The notes beneath the pieces were generated by a model. It was not told the DNA's origin. It saw only the letters and a list, made by a program, of their open reading frames with translations, and searched no databases. A program made the translations under genes and the position numbers. Below, one piece after another: positions 1 through 10,660 of a stretch of 64,000 nt of DNA (the first letter of the stretch is position 1; each line of letters starts with the position of its first letter). Source of the DNA: Paramecium tetraurelia (taxonomy: Eukaryota); contig CT868673.1 in the NCBI GenBank assembly GCA_000165425.1, positions 1 through 64,000 on the forward strand, written 5' to 3'.

Positions 1-86
1 ACACCCCAAACCCCAAACCCAACCCCAAACCCAAACCCAAACCCAATCCCAAACCCAAACCCAAACCCAAACCCAAACCCAAACCC
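1..86. repeat. Macronuclear telomere, C-rich strand (CCCAAA / CCCCAA mix)
   Basis: Tandem CCCAAA with interspersed CCCCAA at the very start of the window, matching the known Paramecium mixed T3G3/T2G4 telomere. Confidence 0.95.
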
Positions 87-688
87 GGAATTCGCCGCCG
101 GGGATTTTTTGCCTTCTTGTATAAACGAGAGAGATATAACATAGAGAGAATTGTTATAACTCTCTCAGTTTAGGGGGGGGTTACCAAACCCATTCCCTGC
201 ATGATAGAATCAATCTTTTTCTTCCTCTGACTATCTTTAACTCACTTTTGACTTCATAATTTATTCTGTGCTCTTGTTAACTATTTTTATCTCTGAGACT
301 TGCATTTGTTGGAAGTTACTTTATATAATTCGTTCTGTCATAGGAGTCAAATTAATTACGTTCTTGCAAGGACTTACTTTCCCTATCATTTGCTCAAACA
401 GACTACAAGTCATATTGGGGATTTTTGTTTAGAAAAATATATTATTTATCTAATCAATTTGGAAAAGGTCAAGGATTTTATAATTATGAGCTATCCTAAC
501 TAATATACATTAATTTTAAGTTTGACCATAGGGAAAATATACTATCAAACATATACATCAATCTAAATAAAATTCATCTCAGTTTTCATGTTTATGTTAA
601 TAAAAATAAAATAAATAGCTCAATAATAGAATATTTTTTTCAGCTTCCCTATATAAATTGCTACTATTTTTTCTCTCATCTAATAATA

Positions 689-2427
689 ATGTTATAAGAC
701 AGACCTTCAGTTGTATTAATAAGTAGAGTTGGTTCCGGAAAAACACCCTTTACAATAAAATATGTCGAGAAACCTAAAACACTTATTCAGGAGGGTTCTC
801 TTGTACGAGAAGCCTATTTTAGAAATCTTCTAGTTATGGAAGGGGCTTTTATATAATGGATACTCCCGGCTTTGGAAGTGAAAAAGAAGTTATTGTGCAT
901 ATGGCAGGGATATTTGCTGCAATAACAGGAAAACCACTTAATGGCATTCTTATCTTAACAAAATATGAGAGATTTGAAAATATGAGAAAGGATATAACAG
1001 AAAATATGAAATTATTAAGTAGGTATCGTGAGATGATTACAGTTGTTATTACACATTGGGACAATGCTGAAAATGATCCTGCAAAACAGTTAATCGGTCT
1101 TGAAGAGTTAAAAAAATCCGTTGTAAAAGAAGTTATTACTCCTTTGGGTTTAAAAAATGTTATATACTCTGGCTCATAAACAACAGGGGAGTCAATTTGC
1201 AAAACAATAGATTAAATTTTGATAAGAACAATAAAGCAAAAAATTGAATTAACAAAAACAGAATTTGAAAACTAATTTGCAACATTTATAACCTTAAATA
1301 AGGAAATTGAAATCAAAACTTAAGAACTAGAGGATGAATTTGGAGCTCAATGTCAGGCAGCCATTCATTTTATTGATTCTTAAAATGAAAAAACAAGCGA
1401 TGTAGCTGAATTGATGCATGAGTTGATTTTAGCTTTGAAAAAGGAAGCCAATGAAACAGTAGAAAAATTTGAATAAAGACATGGTTATGATTGCTTAAAG
1501 TTACTTGAATAAGGCGATGTAAGCTATGAAACAGCATATTTAACTCACACAAAATTGAAACACAAGGTTTTGATTTAGTTGGATAATGTGATAAGGAGGG
1601 CTCAAAATAAAATGACTAATTACCCAGCTCATATTTATAATTTTATAAAATAATGTCCAAATTGCAAAATAATTTGGCTAAAAGTTTCTGGGTGTGGAGG
1701 ATAGACATCATGTGGCAACTTTCCTGATTCAGATAATATTGAATTTAAACCATAGGCAAAAAAATTCAAAATAAATATCACTAAAACAACAGTAGAATGT
1801 ATCAGACTAAAATAACAGACCGAAATTAATTAAAAGTACTCACTCCAATAAAATAAATAAAAATTAAAAGGCTGTGGAGCTGTTTTAGTTTGGGATAATT
1901 TACCTATTCTATCTACTGATATTTTAGATGAACTAAAAAATACAGGAGTTTTAGACCTTTTAAGTATGCATAAAAATGGGGTGGAATCCAAAAAAAACAA
2001 ACAAGATTTATTTTGGAGTAAATTATAATATGAGGCTTAAAAATAATTGAATAATCTAGAGAATGCTTCAACATAAATCATGTAACCTTCAGACCAAAAG
2101 CCAAAAATTGTACCATAGATAATTTATCGCAATGAAGATGGTTCAGAACATATTGTTTAAAAATCAAATGAATAAAAATCTTTGTAATAGTAAAATAATT
2201 AGTTGAAGTACGAATAAGTTTAAGCTGTGGAATAGCAAGAAATGTTAAAAATAATGATAGAAATGAAGAACACTCTAAAATTATAAGAAAAAAAAATTCA
2301 AGATCTAAATTTATAAAGCAAGGAACAATAACAATAGTAATAGAATAAAATAGATAAAGACATGAATATTGAAGCAAAGAAGAAATAAAATTAAAAAAAT
2401 AGCTGCGCTGCCTGTATAATTAGTTGA
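689..2427 (+). CDS. AIG1/GIMAP-like P-loop GTPase with RBR-RING2-like Cys module, coiled coil and C-terminal CaaX (apparent 1-nt deletion near 745)
   Basis: Ciliate-code translation: VVLISRVGSGKT (G1), SCTR (G2), IMDTPGFG (G3), VVITHWD (G4), KQCPNCKIIWLKVSGCGGQTSCGN, ending SCAACIIS-TGA. ATG 689 is one base out of frame with DTPG; no introns. Confidence 0.8.
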
Positions 2428-2574
2428 TTTAGAGCTTATTTAATTATAATTTTAATTTTTATGAGAAGTTTTATCTAAAAACAATTTAGTTCAAAGAAAT
2501 AGAATAAAAATTTTTTTTGTATTAAAGACAGTCAGTTGCATCTAAATATAATAATATTTATAATTTTTAATCAA

Positions 2575-4674
2575 ATGGGAGTCTGTTGTATCAATCCTTA
2601 AAAGAGTCAAGAAGATTAGAGTGTCATGATCTTGTTTTTCCTTAGTGAAGAAAATTAATAAATAGTATAATAACAATTCAAGGATGTATTAAACTTTTCA
2701 TTTGAAAAATTGATGATATTTTCAGATTTTAGATATTATCAGAGTAGATTATTTATTTCAAATGGAAAACTTCTGCCCTCCCCTGATGATTTTAAGTTGT
2801 ATTTGGGAAATTGTTGTTTAGAAGGGAATTTAAGATAAATTGTAGTTTTAGTGGATTTGAAGACATGCAAAAATGATTTTAATCAATTTAGCTACGTGAA
2901 AAGATTGTAACAAAATGATTAATTTAAAGACATTACAAGTTTATTTTTTCTTAATAGTTTAGAAGAAAATATTACATAAAAAGATAATGGGATCTTAAAT
3001 TAACTTGGTCTTAATTTCTAGAAAATTCAATCATTCCAATTAAAAGAAACACTCAAAAAAACTCTTGACTCTTAAAATTATGTTAGTAAATAAATCTAAT
3101 ATAACCTTCCAACAATCAAATAATGTGAAACATGTTAGGAAATGGTTAAAGACTTAATAAATGAAAAAAAAAAGTTCTATCAAACCCCTTCATGTGGTAA
3201 TATTGATTTGTATTTTAAATTGTTGATTGATCTTCGAAATTAAGTCGTATACTCATGTCCAAAATGTAATAATAGAGATGATAAAAAGCATAGAAATGCT
3301 CTTTATTTTAAGTTTAATATTGAAATTATAAAGCTAATACAGAATTTTACATAAAATATCTTTTAATAGATCGAAATTTATTGTAAGAGATTCTAGTTCA
3401 TGATAAAATGTTGTTCCATCTGCAAAACTATATTCTATTAAAACAGTCAAAAGTATCCAAAAAAAATCGAATTTTTCAACAACTTACAAAATAATTGCAA
3501 TTCTTGCAAGTTTCAAGAAAATAAGTAAGAAATATAATTAAGATATAAATCATAGTTAGAATTTTTCTCAATGAATACAATTATAAAAAAATTGCAAACA
3601 AACTTATCCTATCTACAATATTCTGAAATCCAAAAAGAATAATCAATAATAATACAAATGGACAAACATGATTTAGAAAAATTGGATGCCAGCAAAATTC
3701 AGCCACAAAATTCAAATCTAAATCTGAGTTCTCCATCTCCATCAAAAATAATCGAGAAATAAAATAAAAATATAATGCTTATAGGAATGGGTGGAGTTGG
3801 TAAAACATATATTTATAACAAATTATCTGAAAATAATGATTGCTAATAAAAATATAATGAGTTTACTCAGAAGTCAGTTCATAAGAACAAAGAACTTTAA
3901 AATTCTAACAATAGTTCATTCAATGTTATAGACACTCCACCTTTCGAACTTGTAGATGAGAACTAAATGCCGAATTCATAAAAAATAGATTGGTTTGGTA
4001 ATTGCTTTACAAAAAATAAAGTAAGTAAAATATTTATTGTTACAAATTACGGTAGAATAGAAATTATGAAAAAAAAAATTATGGATTGCTATAAATTCTT
4101 AAAAAAATTTTAAAAGATACTTATTATCATAATTTTGAATCTCTAAACTGAAATAGAGCTGAAACAGTCATCGTAAGAAATGGTGGAATTAGAATAGTAT
4201 TTTGAATTGGAATGTATATATTTCAATCAAGTAGATAATGCGGGAACTTTTAGAGAGAAAATAGCAAATACTATTTATTCGAGCACTGATGAATACTTAG
4301 ATTTAGATGATACAAAATTTGATAAAAAAAAAAATCAATTAATGTAATCTTAATTTGAAGAAAAATTCACATTAATCAAAAACTAACAACAGATTCTAAA
4401 GATTTAAGAAAATATTTAGATGCTAATGTAATAAAACAAAGAAAAAGAGGTATAAAAAAGAAAAATAACTTAAAAAAAAAAAGAGTTGGAGATTGAGAAG
4501 TAACAACTATTAAATTACCTGTAACACATTTTTCAAAAGATTGAAAATCTTGTCAATGATGAAAATGAATTATAAACTTAAGATTAGAGAATAGATCAAG
4601 AATAGAATGAGTTAGAGATGGACGTGTTAAGGCTAGAGAAGCGAAGGTTTGAATTAAAATGTAAAAAGGATTGA
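2575..4674 (+). CDS. MGVCC-start protein with degenerate N-terminal G-fold domain, CxxC pairs, C-terminal AIG1-like G domain and coiled coil
   Basis: Uninterrupted 2100-nt ORF. MGVCC start; CETC, CPKC, CSIC, CNSC; IMLIGMGGVGKT, VIDTPP; KIFIVTNYGRIEIMKKKI resembles GILILTKYERFENMRKDI of gene 1. Confidence 0.8.
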
Positions 4675-4793
4675 ATTATGTTTGCATATTAAAAGTTGAT
4701 ATAAGCTTATGTCATCGAATTTATCTAAAAAATCAAATAGAATAAAATTAATAAGAAAACAATATATTTTTACATAATATTAAACTATTTTTA

Positions 4794-6164
4794 ATGTGTA
4801 AATGTGGTCTTGACGTTTGCTAGTGTTTTGAACATCATTGCCTACTCTTTATTTTTTTCCTTAACGATAGTAATATTCAAAAAGTTGCTGAGATTCTCCC
4901 AAATATATTCAAACTATCTATTAAAAAGAAACCAATATTTTCAATAAATACACTAAGAAATTATAAAGTGTTTTAGGTATATGGTAAGGAATTTAAACAG
5001 TTAATTGATATTGAACTCCTGTATCAGAGCATAAATTTGGAAGGAGAGTTATGTTAAGTGTTTATTTTTTTGGATAAATAAAATTTTGAGGAAGGGTTCT
5101 CTCAAAGTTGTTTTATCACCCAAAAACTATACTAAAAAATTACAACATTAATAATTTTTGATAATAAAAACTAATATTGTTTATCACAAATGAAATCCTA
5201 TAATATGTAATTTCAATCAATAGTCACTTTAACATAAGGATTAAATATACATGAAAAAATTTTGAAGATTAGTGATTCATTTGCAGGAAAAGTGTCAACT
5301 TTACTAGAGTTAAAGGCCTTTCAAATTCCTCCCAATTAGAATTCTGTAGTTAGATTTCAATAATCAATAATAGATTTTAATCATAAAGTTTAAGAAAGAA
5401 AGTTAACATCTCTAGAATAAATAGAAAAATTGATCCGCTATCTTGAAACGAGTAGATTAAATTTGTTGTATGTTTCCTAAACTAATCAAGAATACACTAA
5501 TGTAATAAAAATGAAATTTGAGTTTTAAGTTTTGAAAATCTTAAGTGAATTTACTGAAATTATATTAAAAAATATAGAAGAGCTTATGAAAATTAATTTA
5601 TAAAGCTTGGTGCAATGTAAAAATTGTTAATCCTTTGGGTATTTTTCATCAAATAAAGAACCTAGCTTTATTAATACATTCTCAAATTCACAATGCCAAT
5701 GTCCAAGTTCTTAATAATTTCTGGATGGAAAGAATAATCTTATTTAATAATGTGATTACAAAGATATGGAATCTTCTATGCAATTATTAAGAAAAAAATT
5801 CAGTATTTTATATATTTTAGCAAAATTTTAACAAATTCCATAAATTCATGGTATAGAAAGTCGAGAAGAAACTGAATTTATTTTAAATAAAAATCTTAAA
5901 AAAGTTAAAGAAATTTTGGTAGACTTACAAACTAGGAGAAAAACCAATGACACCTATAAATTTCAAATAGTGACCAAAAAGTTAACCTTAACTTCCGAAA
6001 GAGACAAATTATTAAAAGTTATTGAATAAATAGAATAATAAATCTAAGAATATGAGCAATAATCAAAAAAAATCATGTTTGATCAGAATGCCTACAATGA
6101 AAAAATAAAAGCCTTAGAAAATAATATCCTTATACTTGCAAATCCAAAAATATAATTAGAATGA
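4794..6164 (+). CDS. Degenerate paralogue of the gene-2 N-terminal domain (pseudo-GTPase-like) with Cys-rich N-terminus and coiled coil
   Basis: Intronless ORF MCKCGLDVCQC... ending TGA TGA. LFIFFLNDSN / LEGELCQVFIFLD / KITTLIIFD match gene 2 ILFFLSEEN / LEGNLRQIVVLVD / DITSLFFLN. Contains QCKNC. Confidence 0.7.
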
Positions 6165-6255
6165 TGAAAAGTAATTTCTATTTTATAAAATTTCAACATT
6201 TTTAAATTAATTAACTTAAAAACATAACTAAACATTTAATCTAAAATATATTTTT

Positions 6256-8188
6256 TCATAAATAATCATATAATTCTTAAATCTATTAGTTATCTCCTTT
6301 TGGATCTATAATTCCGAGTTCATGTAGCCTTCTATCATTTTCTAACAATATTTAATTTGGATCATTTTTAATTTGAGTTTCATGTTTTGATCTTTCAAGT
6401 CTTTCTTAACCAGGATGTTCAAGCTGTTTTGGATATTTATAATCGTAAAACTAATCATACAAGTCATCCATTCTAATTTTCTTAGTAATCTGATTTGAAT
6501 ATTTTAATTGAGGTGCAACTTCTTACTTAAAAATTTCTAATTCTTCTGGTAAAACAGGCTCATTAGCCTTTAAATTATGCAAGTGTTTCTGATCATATCC
6601 TCCATTCAATGGCATCAGATTAGATTTTGAAAATATTACATTCGGTTCTTCATATTCATATCCTTACGTTTAATCTTTAAATCTTATAACTTTCTTAAGA
6701 GTCGGGTTGATTTATTTAGGATCCATAAAAACTGATTTATATTGAGTAATCGGAGCATTTTTTTCCAAAGCTTACATTAATTATCTTTATTTTTCTCCTT
6801 CCCAAACTTTAATTGCTTAATTTCTCTATTCTAATTCCTTTAATTCTTTTTAAATCCTTAACTTTTCTTCAATATCTCTTTGTGCTTTATCTCTCAGTTA
6901 AATTAACTCATAATTTAACTTTTGTTGCCCTTAAATAAATTAATTTTTCATATCAATGACGCTTCCTGAAAGTGATTTCAGAGTCTTCATATATTCAGCT
7001 GCTGTTACTGCATTTTGATCAACATGTTAAATTCCTGTGTCAGTTACTAATTTTTCAGTTTAAATTTCAATTTCCTGTTATTTTAATCTTTTTTGTTCTT
7101 CTAATTCTCTTTCAATCTTCTCCCTTAGTTATTTTTCAAATTCTTCTTGTTGCCTTCTCTTCTCCTCTTCTAGTTAACGCAAATATTCTTAATATCTAAA
7201 TTATTCTTCTTACCTTTCTCTTTCCAGTTATTCTAACCTATATTAATCATCCTAAATCCCAATATCCGAAGTAATCTTTGGAGGTGATTATTATTATAAA
7301 TTAACAATTTATTTAAATGGCTGAACTTGAGGCTTTTATTAAACAAAGAACTAAGATCTAAGTTGATTCAATTCTTTTATAAAGTCACTTTTTTCTGATT
7401 TATGTAGTCTACTAAATTATTAATCATAAATGCTCAAGTAATCAGATAATATGGGGTTATTTTGTTTATCATAAACTATTCCTGGTGTTTTAGGTGGTAA
7501 TTATATGGGAAAATGGATATTTTTATTATTGTTCTTTAATAAATTACTATTATTTGATAAAATGGGTTCTGGTAAACCAAGAGATTAAGAAGATTAATAA
7601 TCTCTATTTCTTTAAGTTTATTATGTGGGAAGAATTTAAGTTTAATTTCTATTTTAAATATATTCCTATTAATTTGGAGAGTCAAAATTATATTAAGGTG
7701 CTTACTCCAAAGAGTTATCATTTGAGTGCTATTAATTACTTCTTTCGGTTGATTAATTCTTTAAAATAGTTTTAGGTCTTGAAATATCAGTTTAGTTCTT
7801 TTTCCTCACAAATTCATCGATGTCTTAAATTGGTTTGAGTAGTTCTTTATTAAGTTTTTACAGATGGATTAATCGATCTCTAGGATAAATTCATGCCATA
7901 CTTTCCAAAAGGACTTTCATATTAGATTTATTTTTGCGTTTCTTGTCTATCTCTAGTTTTTTGTTATTCTTTATGTCTTTAAGAGTCTAAAATCTGATTA
8001 ATATGTAATATTCTATACCTATTCCTTCAATATTTGTGCATATTGATGTTTCATTTTTTCAACATCTTATTCTCCGAATGGATTTGGAGGCTCTTGCTGA
8101 ATATATCAAAATTGCTTACACTGAAAAGGGTTTTGTATTTTGCTTGTTCTCTATATTATTTTTCTTATGCTAATTTTTATTTATTCAT
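6256..8188 (-). CDS. Gln-rich coiled-coil protein, unknown function
   Basis: MNKQKLAQEKQYREQAKYK start, two 5' introns of about 23 and 25 nt, long Q/E/K-rich frame ending ...QELYDYL-TGA. Confidence 0.7.
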
Positions 8189-9538
8189 TTATATAATAAA
8201 ATATTGCTGTGGTTTTTAGAATTTAAAAACAAAAGGAGTTAAAACATCACTAATCACATAATTACAAACTATTTATACCCAAACTAATTTACTTTCCAAC
8301 ACGACGCATTCTAGTTTAAAAGTGGGGACTGTTCTTATTATTGATTCTTGATGTAATTTTCAAAGAGAATTAAATCAAAGGACAAATTATTTTAGATGTT
8401 AAGATTATTTAAATATGAAATAGAAAGAATTCTATTTTATTTTATAACCTACACTTGTTATCTAGCCAATGTGATTTTAATCTTTATCTCATTAACATTT
8501 GGTTTCCAAGATTAGGTTTTCTATAGATTAAACCAATTAAAACATAAGAAAGCCTTATACGTTATTTTAATTCAGAAGAAATTACCAAATTTCCTAATTA
8601 ACTTTCACATATTGATCTTGTTTTATCTGATTTTCCATTAATATCCTTATTAAATAGAGTAGCTCTATTTGGTAAATGAAAAAGTTGAATATTGATCAAT
8701 AATTTATCAGAAATTGTTGAAAAATTCATCATGTTTTGATAAATCTTCTCAAAAATAACAAGAGATTTATTTATTTAATAAATAAATATTTTTATTACGG
8801 ATAAAGATATCAAATACCAAAGTGATTTCTTTCAGAATTAAAATTGAATTAAAGAATATAAAATGTTTATATTTGATGAATTATATAGATCCATATTATT
8901 TAAACATAAATCCTATAGCTTCCTTATTACGTATATACTAATAATTATTGATGCTAGTTATTTAGAGTATAGCATTTTGTCCTTTTCTCAACGAATTAAT
9001 ATTACCCAGTCAACAAGAAGTATGCATACTTCTGCTTAGCAGTGCAAATGCGAAATAGAATGTAGTCATCATATTTTTTTCTGTCAGACATTCTAAGTAA
9101 TTCTAACAAATTGATTATCATTTGCAAATTTCATTAATTAAATTAATTATGATTCATTAATTCATTCAATAAGCTTATGAAGACCCATTTTGTCCATAAA
9201 TCAAGGCTACAGCAATAAAATTAAATTAACCACAAACTTCCCCCATATTTCATGTAGATTGCAAATTCACAAAAAAAAAGATTTGCACATGTTCAAATTT
9301 TTGCTCAATTCCATTTATTCAATAATAAAATCAGAGGGCTTTATAAGTTTTCTTATAACATGAATTAGATGGGATGAAGTTAGAGGATTTTAAAGAAGCT
9401 CAGTTATTAGTAAATTAATTGCATAACTATAATAGCATGATTTCTATTAAGAAAAAATTGAAAATACACAAGAAGTAGAAAAAGCCTCTTGACTTTATCA
9501 CAATATTAAATTATTAAATAAATTATATTGTATACTAA

Positions 9539-10589
9539 ATGATATCTAAAGATTAAGACAAAGTTCTACTAGAAATATTGAAGTAAAATGAGATGACTGA
9601 TGACAAAAAGAAAAAATTTTTAAATTCACTTAAAAGCTTAATTCATTTCCTCAAATAACTTGATTATGATCCATTTAACGCTGAGATTAAATATTGCATC
9701 TTTGGGTCATAATTAAATGGATTTGGAACAAAGGAATCGGATGTGGATTTCACATTTCTCACTAATTCTTATGTTGACGAAAGGATAGCGCTTAAATATT
9801 TGAGATAAGAAATCGAAGCGGTGGATTAAAATAAGTTCAAAATTAATGAATTGGTTGAATTTGCCAGAATTGCTGTCATGAAGATCCAAGATCAGACTAA
9901 TAAAATAGAAATTGATATGTGCTTTAACAATCTTTTAGGTGTGATCAACACAAAGTTATTGAATGCATATGCTGGCTTAAATGAGAAAGTTTAATAGGTA
10001 TTGCTAAATATTAAATACTAGGGTGGAATCTTATTAAAGCTATGGGGCAAGAAATAAGGAATAATAAATAAAAATTGTTTTTCCTCTTACGCTATATTAA
10101 TAATGTGGCTACATTTCTTATAACAAAAGTATCAAATGCCCAATCTTTAGGATAAATAATATAAAACCTCTAAATCATAGACTACTACAATAATGATTAA
10201 AAGAAATATCGAAGGTAAAAGAGAAAGCAGCTTCGAAGTAGATGTCTTTTTTGTATAGTATTGTGAATTTATTAAAGGTTTATAATGGAGATAAATTATA
10301 CAAATAATTGAAGGATTAATTTGATAGAGTAATCTCCTAGGTTTCGCTTACGTTCTTATTAAGGGACTTTTTTAATTACTATTCAGATTAGGGAGAAGGA
10401 TTTGCATAAAAATACAAGATTTCAATCAATGAAAAATAGTTGAAAGAAGAAGGAGAAAAATATTCGATGAGTGATCCTTTCGATAAAGAGCATGATCCTA
10501 TAAAGAAAATCAGAAACAATTTTAAAGATTAAAAGCTCTTTCATTAAGCAAGCATAAACATATAAAATAGTCCTGAGAGTATGTTTTGA
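9539..10589 (+). CDS. Cid1-family terminal nucleotidyltransferase (TUTase / non-canonical poly(A) polymerase)
   Basis: FGSQLNGFGTKESDVDF (GS...DxD), ARIAVMKI, IEIDMCFNNLLGVINTKLL, LKLWGK, SSYAILIMWLHFLQ and SDPFDKEHD; two introns of about 24-25 nt. Confidence 0.9.
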
Positions 10590-10660
10590 AAATTTATAAA
10601 TAATCTATAAAGAATGTTTAATTGTTTAAATTTAAATTAATTAACAGAAAAATATTGAAA

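Noticed and set aside
300..503. 67-aa ORF next to the telomere
   Set aside because: TTG start, TAA is not a stop in this code, no recognisable motif.
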